From: Zygnema circumcarinatum SAG 698-1b
Lineage: Eukaryota > Plantae > Zygnematophyceae
Direction: 5' to 3'
Assembly: GCA_037447605.1 (NCBI GenBank)
Contig: CM074815.1
Span: 930,001 to 994,000 of the forward strand
DNA length: 64,000 bases
This document shows, in pieces, positions 28,458 to 39,289 of the stretch; the stretch's first letter is position 1; each line of letters begins with the position of its first letter. Under the pieces are notes generated by a model. That model had not been told where the DNA came from and ran no database searches. It saw only the letters and a program-made list of their open reading frames with translations. Position numbers and translations under genes: made by a program.

Positions 28458-30407
28458 ATGGGCGCGGCGGATGGCGGGGAGAGAGAGGGAGGGAGAGGGC
28501 CCCAAGCAAACATCCATGGCGGCCCCGTGGAAGTGATGAAGCTGCGCCTGCGGCTGGTGCCCAGCGGAAAGGACTGTCCCCCGGTGGTCTACAAGACGGA
28601 GGGTCGCCGCTTCGGGTAAAACTCTAAATCTCCGCGGCTTACCAGCGCGGGCCCGCCGCAGGGTTCAGGGCTTGGCTGATCGGAAGGGTTGAGGGCCGAC
28701 CGCGCAGGACCTTGCCGGGCGGCGCCGCGAGCCTGAAGCTGCGGGAGGGGATGGAGTACGGCGTGGCCATCCACGTGGACTCTCCGCATTTTGCCACGTA
28801 AGCACTACCCCTCCCCGCGCGTGCCACGTTGACGCTGGCGCAGGAGGACCGCACGAGTGAACGCAGCTGACGTGGCAAAGGGGGGGGGGGAAAGGGCAGG
28901 GCACAGAGGCTGACGTGGACAACATACGATTGGCTGAAGGGCGAGGACGTGGCAGTCGCGGAGGAGGAGCTCTCACTGCGCCGCTACGGCCGCATGCTGT
29001 GCGCCACGTGGCGGTGAGGGAGGGGAGGGGAGGGGAGGGGAGAGAGGGGAGGGGAGGGATTGAGAGAGGGAGGGCGGGGGAGAGGGAGGGAGAGGGACAC
29101 GGGGAGCGAGGAGGGTGAGGGGGAGGGAGAGGGAGAGGGAGAGGGGGAAAAAGAGGGGGATGGGAGAGAGGGAGGGCGAGGGAGAGGTGGAGCGAGGAGG
29201 GGAGAGGGAGAAGGAGAGGGAGATGGGGATCGAGGAGGGGGAAGAGGGAGGAGGGGGGAAGGGAGAGGGGAGCGAGGAGGGGGGAGGAAGAGGGAGAGGG
29301 GGAGCGAGGAGGGGGAGGGAAAGGGGCAGTGGGAGCGAGGAGGGAGAGGGGAGGGGAAAGGAGAGGGAGAGGGGGAGCGAGGAGGGATGAGGGAGGGTGG
29401 GGAGGGGAAGGGGAAGGGGGAATGGTGAGGGAGGGGAGATGGGTGGGTTCATGGGGGATCGGTCCACTGTCTACGGAAATGTGAGGTTTTATCTTCGGGA
29501 TGTGGTTCAGACCAGGGAGTGAAACCATTTGAGGAGAAGAAGTGCTGTTTCATGATGCGCGTCGAACTCGTATTCTTTGGTTTTCTGACTTGCTGCCGCT
29601 ACTTGAATTTGCTTCCACAGGTGCGCGATGCAGGTCTCCAATGTCGGGTCGCGGCGGAAACTTAAAGCCACTCTGCATTTCAAGGTGGGGTGGCCCGCCC
29701 ATCTTCATTTTCTTTCTTCGAAAGTTTTTTTTTTTAAAGAGATAAAGAAAATGAGGGTTTGAGGCTGCCGCCAAGTTGCTGCCGCGAAGTTGTTTCTGAG
29801 GTGTGTTCTTTGTGTTCTTTCTCCCCCGCAGGATGGCGGATCTCTGGACATTCCTTTGCTGGTCAAAGTATATACCGGTAAGCTGCGAATACTCAAATCG
29901 TTTAAAAAGTGAAATCTTGATCTTGACTCTGTTCGTAGCGAAATTTCGTTTCGTTTGCAGTGTCAGTCTGCACTCAAATCAGCGTCTCTTCTCGTTCAAC
30001 ACTTTTTAAGTCTTTTGGGTTTTTCTTTGAACGTTTTCTTGCATTCTTACAATTTCCTATGACTCGATTTCCTTTCAATTGATTGGACTTGATTCTGATT
30101 TTCATTTGACTTGTTTTGATTTGATCTGATTTGATTGGATTTGCTTGGATTTGATTTTAATTTTGATCTTGATTTTGATTTTGAGTTGATTCGATTTGGC
30201 ATAATTTGACCTGTCTGATTTTGTTTGACCTATTTTGGTGTGGGTTTTGGTGCAGATCAAGACCGCAAGGGGAGCATGAACGGGTACAGAATGGAGTTTG
30301 CGCGTTTTGAATACATTTTGGATCCTTTCGGAAGATCGCCATATTTGAAGTCATGCGAAGTGGACTCGGGAAGGTGCCAAATGGCGCCATCTCCACTTCC
30401 TGTATGA
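28458..30407 (+). CDS. CNRIP1: CNRIP1/CRIP1a-like protein (CB1 cannabinoid receptor-interacting protein family), 6 exons, 207 aa
   Basis: Exons 28458-28615, 28708-28797, 28900-29013, 29621-29684, 29832-29877, 30256-30407 total 624 nt, all GT-AG and in frame, with ATG in a CCGCCATGG context. The product has PVVYKTEGRRFG..SLKLREGMEYGVAIHV and SNVGSRRKLKATLHFKDGGSLDIPLLVKVY, colinear with recalled human CRIP1a [28 protein letters not shown] and [30 protein letters not shown]. The exon 3 acceptor is the least certain junction. Confidence 0.75.
30075..30235. repeat. Degenerate (GATTT)n pentamer tract in intron 5 of the CNRIP1-like gene
   Basis: Repeated GATTT/GATTTT units. Confidence 0.7.
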
Positions 30408-30990
30408 CATGTAAAAAAAAAGAGTCAAAAATGACTCACATTTGTCCGAAATACCGTCGACATTCGACCAACAGCTGGCAATGCCATGCCTGAGCTTCGC
30501 TTGTAATCGTAATCGTAAACGTAGTATTTTTTCCAACTCTTTTCAAGGGTTGATGGGGAAGGGGGGGGATTGGAGGAAGCTGGAGGGAGGAAGAGAGAGG
30601 AAGTTAAGCCCCATTTTTTAGGGGTTTAATATTTACATTGCAAGGCCATTTCTGCTTTATGTCAAAAGGCTGTCCGGAGAAAGTTTGCAGTGAAATAATA
30701 GATAGAGAAGTGGTGAAGAGTTTATAAATAGAAAAAAGGGAAAGTAAATTATTATGTTGAAGGGCGGCTGGGAGCAGAAATGAAGCTGAAATAATTCGGA
30801 AATACTATATATATACCAACTTATCGGAAACTTGTCTACTTCATATGAGAAATGATATACATTTTGTTGTTCCTTAACTGTCAATACCTTTTCTCCTTAC
30901 ATTTATTCATCAGAAATTTGTCTAACTACCCAATAAGCTTCTCCGCCCCTTTCTAAACACAATTTCACAATGTTCTATGCACACCCACTC

Positions 30991-33267
30991 TTACGGTGGC
31001 TCCACCTCCGGCATAATGTTGTGGGCGAGTAAAGGATAGTCGAGAGGAGCACATTCTAAAGAAGCATTTGCGGCGGTGCCCATCCCCTCCTCCTCATTGG
31101 TCGGAATCGCCGCATACCCTCCGCCGGCCTCCCCCGGCGGGGGCCCCCTCCGAGGGAGGGAGGGGAGGGCGAAGGTGAGGAGGAACGCGCCGAACTGCAT
31201 GGGCATGCATGGAAGCGGACGAGAGTCAGTGATCGATTGGTTTGTAAGCATGAGTGGGAGGGAGATGCAGGCAATGGGAGAGAGAGGTGCTTTGAGAGAG
31301 AGAGAATTGGGGGGCACTCGCTTACTTCGACTGTGCCGGCCACAATGAGACCGAAGCCGGGGCAATTGAAGGGGGGGTTGTCTGATAGAAACACCGCTGC
31401 AGGAAAGCACACGGAACGAACAAAGCTTTGTTGAAGTGCATGACCACGTCATTCTCACCAGCAACAACATGAGATAATCCCCAAAATTTTCACTTGATAC
31501 GCTACAATGGTCTGCCTCTACAGTTGAACGTGAAAAACGTGGAGTAGCAAGATAAAAAGGACAAGCTTGTGCAGGCATTGTGCTACTTTTACGGCTGCAA
31601 TTGAAGCCTGCAGGGGGGGGGAGGGAGAGAGGGAGGAAGGGGGAGGGAGAGAGAGAAAGGAGAGAGGAGAGAGGAGAAAGAGAGGAGAGAGGAGAGAGGA
31701 GAGAGGAGAGAGGAGAGAGGAGAGAGGAGAGAGGAGAGAGGAGAGAGGAGAGAGGAGAGAGGAGAGAGGAGAGGAGAGAGGAGAGAGGAGAGAGGAGAGC
31801 GGAGAGATGAGAGAGAGCGAGAGAGAGGCCGCACCAGTGATGGGGTTGATGGTGAGGGGCGCCAGGAAGGCGGAGATCGACTTGATGCCCATGACCACCC
31901 CCTGCAGCCGTCCCTGCTCGTCGGGGGAGGCGCACCGCGACACGATGGTGCCGATCTGGAGGGAGGGAGAGGGAGAGGGAGAGGGAGGGGAGAGAGGGAG
32001 ACAGACGCGAGAAGGAGAGGAGAGAGATTACCGATTCGTTTCTTGTTACATTGCGATAAAGCGGAATGAATGCCGTGCTAAGTGATCTGGTTTTTGCCTT
32101 GGACTTAGAAGGGCGTTGAGAAATACGTCCTTTTGGACAGGTGGAGGAGGGAAAGGCAAGGGTACAGCATGAGCAGAGCGTGAAAGGGAGAGAGAGAGGG
32201 GGGGTGGGGACGAGAGAGGCGTGGGGAAGCGTACCACAGGGTTGGTCATTCCGGATAAAGCAGGCATGGTCGCTGCCAGGTACACCACCTGCATGACAGG
32301 CAAGACTCGCTTCTGCAGCATTACCAAAAGGTGAAAACTCTAAAACCACGAGGAGGACTTTGAACGTCCTCAAAAGAATTCAACCCTTTCAACAAATGCC
32401 GCAATAAAAATGGGTAAGGGAGCTCACCCATGGCGCCCAGGCTGCCCCGTAAAGCACCACCTGCACCCCCCCTTATGCCCAACTTAGGCTGCGGGCTCTA
32501 CCTCCAAGGGGAAATTTAGGATTTTTAGGGTTTTCAGAGTTTGCAGGGTGATTAGGGTTTCAGAATAGACGAATGGTTTCGAGTTTGCAGCCAACTTACA
32601 TGCAGAGCGCCGAAGAAGAGGCCGATAACAAGCAGAGTTTTGAGGCCAAAGAAGCGAAGCAAGATCGGAAGAACCACGAGCTGCACCACAAACCCACGAG
32701 CGCGGTTTGGAGGAGCAGGGAATAGGGAGAGGAGGGAGGGAGGGGACTACCAACCAGAGAGAGGGGGAATGAGGTTCACAAAGTAGACTCACTGTAAGGG
32801 CAGCTGAACAGCTTCGGCTCTTTGAAATTTGTTCGAAGTTTGACGCAGAGGGAGGGGAGGGAGGGAGGGAGGGAGGGCTACCTGTGAGAGAGCTGTTGAA
32901 GTTCCTGCGACAAGTGTGACCATGGAGAACTCGTTCTTCCCCCAGTGAAAGGCGGCTTTCAGAAAGAACTGCACAGGTTTCACGAACAGAATGTAAGCGG
33001 AAGAGTGAGAGAAGAGGGGAGGGGAGGGAGTGGGTAAGGGGGGTGACGGAGAGTAGGAGAGTGGGCGAAAGGTGAGGGAAGCGAGAGGGAGAAATAAGTT
33101 TTTGGACGAGTGAGAGGAAGGACAGTTAGAAAGTGGGCGAGAGAGAGAGATGGAGCGAGCGAGCGAGAGAAGTGGGGGAAGGAGAGGGGATGAGCGACAA
33201 GGGTGGTAAGAGAGAGCGAAACAGAGAGAGAGAGAAAGGGGCAAGTGGGAAAGAGAGAGCGAGCGAG

Positions 33268-33300
<33 letters not shown>

Positions 33301-36300
33301 AAGAGAAAGAGAAAGAGAGAGAGGGAGAGAGAGAGGGAGGGAGGGGCCCACCAAGAAGCTTCCAAAGTAGCCAGCCTCCCCCATGCCCGCCAGGAAAGCG
33401 ACGCCCGCGAGCACCGCCAGCAGCCGACTGCCACCCAAACCGCCCAATCAGCCCCGGCCGCCCGGCTCCCGCGCAGACCCCTAAACCCTTTAACCCCTAA
33501 ACCCTTAAACCCCTAAACCCTGAAACCCTGAAACCCTGAAACCATTAAACCCAAAGGGCCGAAAAACGGCCGCCCTCCCCCCCTGAACCTTCCCTGGTGG
33601 TTGGTAACCACATCGGGTTTTTCGGGTTTTTCGGGTTTTTAGGGTTTTTAGGGTTTTTAGGGTTTTTAGGGTTTTTAGGGTTTTTCGAGTTCTTCGGGTT
33701 TTTGGGGTTTTTTAGGGTTTTTAGGGATTTAAGGGTTTTGAGGGTTTGAAGGGTTTTGAGGGTTTGAAGGGTTTTGAGGGTTTTTAGGATTTTGAGGGTT
33801 TTAAGGGTTTTAAGGGTTTTAAGGGTTTTAAGGGTTTTAAGGGTTTAAAGGGTTTTAAGGGTTTTTAGGGTTTCTAGGGTTTTAAGGGCTTTTAGGGTTT
33901 TTAGGGTTTTTGGGGTTTTTAGGATTTTTAGGGTTTTTAGGGTTTTTTAGGGTTTTTAGGGTTTTGAGGGTTTTAATGGTTTGTAGGGTTTGTAGGGTTT
34001 GTAGGGATTGTAGGGTTTGTAGGGTTTTTAGGGGTTTAAGGGGTTTTAGGGGTTTTAGGGTTTTTAGGGTTTTTAGGGTTTTTAGGGTTTTTAGGGTTTT
34101 TAGGGTTTTTAGGGTTTTGAGGGTTTGAAGGGTTTGAAGGGTTTTGAGGGTTTGAAGGGTTTTGAGGGTTTTTAGGATTTTGAGGGTTTGAAGGGTTTTG
34201 AGGGTTTTTAGGATTTTGAGGGTTTTTAGGGTTTTTTAGGGTTTTTAGGGTTTTTAGGGTTTTAATGGTTTGTAAGGTTTTTAGGGTTTTTAGGGTTTTA
34301 AGGGTTTTGAGGGTTTGAAGGGTTTTGAGGGTTTTAAGGGTTTTTAGGATTTTGAGGGTTGAAGGGTTTTTAGGGTTTTAAGGGTTTTAAGGGTTTTGAG
34401 GGTTTTAAGGGTTTTTAGGGTTTTTAGGGTTTTTAGGGTATTTAGGGTTTTAAGGGTTTTTAGGGTTTTTTAGGGTTTTTAGGGTTTTGAGGGTTTTAAT
34501 GGTTTGTAGGGTTTTAAGGGTTTTAAGGGCTTTTAGGGTTTTTAGGGTTTTTAGGGTTTTTAGGGTTTTTAGGGTTTTTAGGGTTTTTAGGGTTGTAAGG
34601 GTTGTTAGGGTTGTTAGGGTTTTTAGGGTTTTTAGGGTGTTTAGGGTTTTTAGGGTTTTTAGGGTTTTAAGTGTTTTTAGGGTTTTTAGGGTTTTTAGGG
34701 TTTTTAGGGTTCTGAGGGTTTTTAGTGTTTGTAGGGTTTTTAGGGTTGTAAGGGTTTTTAGGGTTGTAAGGGTTTTTAGGGTTTTTAGGGTTTTAAGGGT
34801 TTTAAGGGTTTTAAGGGTTTTTAGGGTTTTTAGGGTCTTTAGGGGTTTTTAGGGTTTTTAGGGTTTTTAGGGTTTTGAGGGTTTTTAGTGTTTGTAGGGT
34901 TTTGAGGGTTGTAAGGGTTTTTAGGGATTTAGGGTTTTAAGGGTTTTAAGGGTTTTAAGGGTTTTAAGGGTTTTGAGGGTTTCGAGGGTTTCGAGGGTTT
35001 TAAGGGTTTTTAGGGTTTTTAGTGTTTTTAGGGTTTTTTGGGGTTTTCGGGTTTTAAGGGTTTTAAGGGTTTTTAGAGTTTTTAGAGTTTTAAGGGTTTT
35101 TTGGGGTTTGAAGAGTTTTTAGGGTTTTTAGGGTTTTTAGGGTTTTTAGGGTTTTGTGTTTGTAGGGTTTTTAGGATTGTAAGGGTTGTAAGGGTTTTTA
35201 GGGTTTTAAGGGTTTTAAGGGTTTTTAGGGTTTGTAGGGTTTTTAGGGTTTTTAGGGTTTTTAGGGTTTTTAGGGTTTTGAGGGATTTTAGGGTTTTAAG
35301 GGTTTTTAGAGTTTTTAGAGTTTTAAGGGTTTTTTGGGGTTTTTTAGGGTTTTTAGGGTTTTTAGGGTTTTTAGGGTTTTTAGGGTTTTTAGGGTTTTTA
35401 GGGTTTTGGGGTTTTAGTTTTTAGGGTTTTTAGGGTTTTTAGGGTTTTTAGGGTTTTTAGGGTTTTTAGTGTTTTTAGGGTTTTTAGGGTTTTTAGGGTT
35501 TTGAGGGTTTTTAGTGTTTGTAGGGTTTTTAGGGTTTTTAGGGTTTTGAGGGTTTTTAGGGTTTTTAGGGTTTTTAGGGTTTTAAGGGTTTTTAGGGTTT
35601 TTATGGTTTGTAGGGTTTTAAGGGTTTTTAGGGTTTTAAGGGTTTTGAGGGTTTGAAGGGTTTTGAGGGTTTTTAGTGTTTTTAGGGTTTTTAGGGTTTT
35701 AAGGGTTTTAAGGGTTTTTAGGGTTTTAAGGGTTTTTAGGGTTTTTAGGGTTTTTAGTGTTTGTAGGGTTTTTAGGGTTGTAAGGGTTTTTAGGGTTTTT
35801 AGGGTTTTAAGGGTTTTAAGGGTTTTAAGGGTTTTAAGGGTTTTTAGGGTTTTTAGGATTTTTAGGGTTTTTAGGGTTTTTAGGGTTTTTAGGGTTTTTA
35901 GGGTTTTGAGGGTTTTTAGTCTTTGTAGGGTTTTGAGGGTTGTAAGGGTTTTTAGGGTTTTTAGGGTTTTAAGGGTTTTAAGGGTTTCGAGGGTTTTGAG
36001 GGTTTTGAGGGTTTTGAGGGTTTTGAGGGTTTTGAGGGTTTTTAGGGTTTTTAGGGTTTTTAGAGTTTTTAGGAATTGTAGGGTTTTTAGGGTTTGTAGG
36101 GTTGTAGGGTTTTTAGGGTTTTTAGGGTTTTTAGGGTTTTTAGGGTTTTTAGGATTTTTAGGGTTTTAAGGGTACCTGGAGCCGATGGCTTTGAGCGTGT
36201 CCCTCACGCTCCGCGGAGTGGTTGGCCTCTGCGGCTGCTTGGGGGGCTCTCCTCCCTTACCCGCGCCCTCCTCGAGGAGCGCTCTCTCTCTCTCCCTCTC

Positions 36301-36437
36301 TCTCTCTCTCAGGCGGGGGAGACTCTCGGGCATGAAGAGAGCGATGTAGGCAACGGCTAGCCAGCAGAATCCTGCTGCGCACTGCAGCCCGCCCGCCCGC
36401 CCACCCGTGTCTCTATTTGCTCCGTCACCTCGTTCTC

Positions 36438-36469
<32 letters not shown>

Positions 36470-38576
36470 GCCCTCTTCCTCTCGATCGCCCACTTCTTTC
36501 TGTTACTTTGCCTCATTCTGCGCTCTCTCCACACCAGCTTGGTGCTCCTCTTCACTATCAACGCCTCTCTTGCGTTTTTCCCCTCCCTACTGCCTTCCCA
36601 TATTTCTCTAGTTTTTCTCTCCTTCCCCTCTTCCACACTTTCTCTCCCGGCACCCAACTCGTTTGCCATATCCTCTCCCTCTCTCTCCCCCTCCCACTCC
36701 ACTCTCCCGCTCCCCCCTCTCTCCGCTCTGCCCCTCCATCCTTCACCCGCTCCCCTCTCCCACTCCCACTCTCCCTCCCCACTCTCCCCCTCCTCCCTAC
36801 TCCTCCCCCTCATTCTCCTCCTCCCGCTCTCTCCCCCTCCCCCCTATTCCTCTCTCTCTCCCCCCCTCCCTCAAGCTGTTACCAGCCCCAAAACTCACAT
36901 GGAAGATATAGCGTGTGGGCAGTAGCCGGGCGAGAAGTGTTCCCCCAAGAAAGCCAATAGAGCTCAGTCCTCCCACCAAACCAAAGGCCAATGCTCGGCT
37001 CTCCTCCGGAATTGTGTCTGCCTGCCCTTCCCCCCTCCTCCCTCCCTCCCTCCCTCCTTCAGCCTCTCCCTCTCTCGTCTCCCTCCGCATTACAAGGATG
37101 AGGAGTGAGTCCAAGAGCTCGACAGTTTAGGGTTCTCCCTCTGCTCTCACTGCTGCTAACGGTGGGAGGGAGGGAGGGAGCTCACCACATACGCATAGAA
37201 GAGTGTGGAGAAGGAGCCCTCTCCGAACATGTACACTATGGTGGCAACCATGAAGTATATATACACGGCTAGGCGGCTGCTGCTGAAGGCGAGCACTCCT
37301 GCATAGACTTTAATGAATTTGCTTAGTTTTCTTGATTAACAAAAGCTCAACAAAATCACATTCCATGTGCTTTTCACATATGCACGAGCATGGAGCCATT
37401 TCAAATGCTTAGGTTAACTAACAGCATCGGCACTAACTGTCCCACCAATTACTTACTACACATGGAATTAAAACTTTCTTCTATAGCCCTGTGAGAGTTG
37501 AGAGAGAGGCTACCGTTTGGCAAAGAGAAGGAGAAGAAGAGCATCATGAGGAAGGGCTTCCGGCCATATATGTCAGAAAGGCCTCCCAGCCATGGCGTGA
37601 TGAACATGGTCCCAAAGGCAGCCACCTGTGGGAACAAGTGTGAAGTAAGATCTTTTTTTTTTCTTTTTAGATGAATAATACTTAGCTTCTTTCCTGTACA
37701 TTCACTAGCTTGACAACTTCCTTCACAGAGAGCAAAACCTTTACAATCATTAGGCTCGTCACGTGCATTCTAATGTGAGTTATTTTTTAACGCTTTTTAA
37801 ACGACAAGAATTGCAAGATTTGTACAGGATTCTGTGTTTAAAGGAGCGGCTGCCAAATGCAGCAGCCCCAAGTCAAAGAAACTATTAAACTTGGCAGAAT
37901 CTCCCCACCATACTCTCTCTCTCTCTCTCACTTTTCCCCCTCACTCTCTCCCTCACTCCATCCCCCCTCCCTCTGTCTCCTCTTTCGCCTCTAAAGCTTC
38001 TCTCTCCACTCTTTCACGCCCCGCCCTCCCTCGTCCATCCCCTCTCCCTCCACAACCCCCCCCCCTCAATTTTCCTCCTTCCACTCTCCCTGCTTTCCCC
38101 CCTCCCTCTCCCTCGTCCTTCTCTCCCCATTTCGCCCTCAGCAATCTCTCATTGCCTCTCCCACCTTCTTGCAACCCCATCTACATGCCACATGTTGTGT
38201 CACAATCTCATCAATTCTTCATTCTCAAACCAACCAGCAATCGCTCAGCACCTCGACCTTAACAACGAGAGAATCCATTCATACATACGTACATACACAT
38301 ACATAGAAAGAGAGGACGCACCGCGGACTTGACCGTAGAGAGATAAATGACTTCGCTGCACTGTTCCCTCCCATCGCACAGCGCCGCCACCGTGACATCC
38401 GTCGCCGCGAGCCACGCGCATATGAACCCCAGCACGCACATCACCAACGGCACCAAAAGGTGGGCCAGCGGGGCGTACACCTTCAGGGACCCCAGCAGCC
38501 CCCCCCCCTTCCCCCTCTCCCTCGCCCTCTCCCTCTCCCTCTCCCTCTCCCTCTCCCTGTCCCTCTCCGCCTCCAT
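30991..38576 (-). CDS. Major facilitator superfamily transporter (tetracycline-resistance/HIAT1-like, MFS_1), 13 exons
   Basis: Exons 38576-38322, 37625-37514, 37298-37186, 37021-36899, 36381-36176, 33427-33352, 32968-32882, 32680-32600, 32460-32428, 32288-32235, 31955-31835, 31396-31326, 31194-30991. MFS motif A GGLSDIYGRKPFL, AYVADTIPEESRALAFG, DEQGRLQG, FNCPGFG and many hydrophobic helices. Confidence 0.9.
31675..31800. repeat. (GAGAGGA)n heptamer microsatellite in an MFS intron
   Basis: Tandem GAGAGGA units. Confidence 0.85.
33478..33552. repeat. Short C-strand telomere-like array of 8-mers (CCCTAAAC/CCCTTAAA/CCCTGAAA)
   Basis: About nine units, oriented opposite to the large array ~60 bp downstream. 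Confidence 0.8.
33614..36172. repeat. Interstitial telomere-like array, 2.56 kb, dominant 9-mer TTTTTAGGG, filling MFS intron 5
   Basis: Hundreds of TTTTTAGGG units and same-length variants (TTTTAAGGG, TTTTGAGGG, TTTGTAGGG, TTTGAAGGG, TTGTAAGGG). On the gene strand the array begins right after the GTAC donor at 36175. Confidence 0.95.
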
Positions 38577-38837
38577 TGTCCGGCCGGTCCCAATGCGGCG
38601 ATCACCGCCGCTGGCGCCCCACCGGAACCCAATCCCCTGCAATTTCCACTCCTTGTTCTATGGAAGAAGCTTTAAGGTCCAGCAGCCGGGCGCCATGGCG
38701 CCATGGATGCGCAGCTCGAAGGAGGACGGAGGGAGGGAGGACGGAAGGGCTCGCCTTCCTCGGGGAGTCGAAGCCGCACGTGCGAGGAGGCTTGCTGAGG
38801 CACTGACGTGGCCCCCGCGGATAGGCTCACCGGCGGT

Positions 38838-39289
38838 CCACGTGGCGGGCGGCGAGGCCGGGCGGTAGGCTGCATGGTCGCGCGGGTGGGCGGGAACGCG
38901 CCACGTGGCGGGGGCTGCGTCGGCCATCGCCGGCAGGGGTGTCGGTGGGCCGTACGGCGGGGCCGCCATTGGCCGTTGAAATGGGCACGAGCGGTATGCC
39001 ACGTGGCACGCCGGGACTGGGCGGCAAGTTGGTAAAATAAACCTGTACGTGGGACAGTACGGATGAACCGGCGGACGGTTAGCTAGAGGCAAATTAGTCG
39101 GCGATAATAGCCTGACTAGCTGGCAATCCTGGAAAGTGGTCATTTCGACAATCCGAGGTTCCTTGGGAGTGGGTACGTGTCGTACTGAGCACGGAAATCC
39201 TAGGCGGGGGGGGGTGATGGCCAATCAGCGCACGCCACGTGGTGGATGCCAGCGTGGCATCAGCAACGGATCCCTTATTAGCCACGTGG
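38838..39289. promoter_or_regulatory. Five perfect CCACGTGG G-box palindromes in the divergent MFS/esterase intergenic region
   Basis: CCACGTGG at 38838, 38901, 38999, 39235 and 39282. Confidence 0.5.

Noticed and set aside
33910-36169. FRV/LRV/FLG-repeat ORFs
   Set aside because: Translations of the 9-bp telomere-like array.
33478-36172. Telomere-telomere chromosome fusion site
   Set aside because: A fusion gives (TTTAGGG)n followed by (CCCTAAA)n; the order here is the reverse, and the flanking exons belong to one gene.
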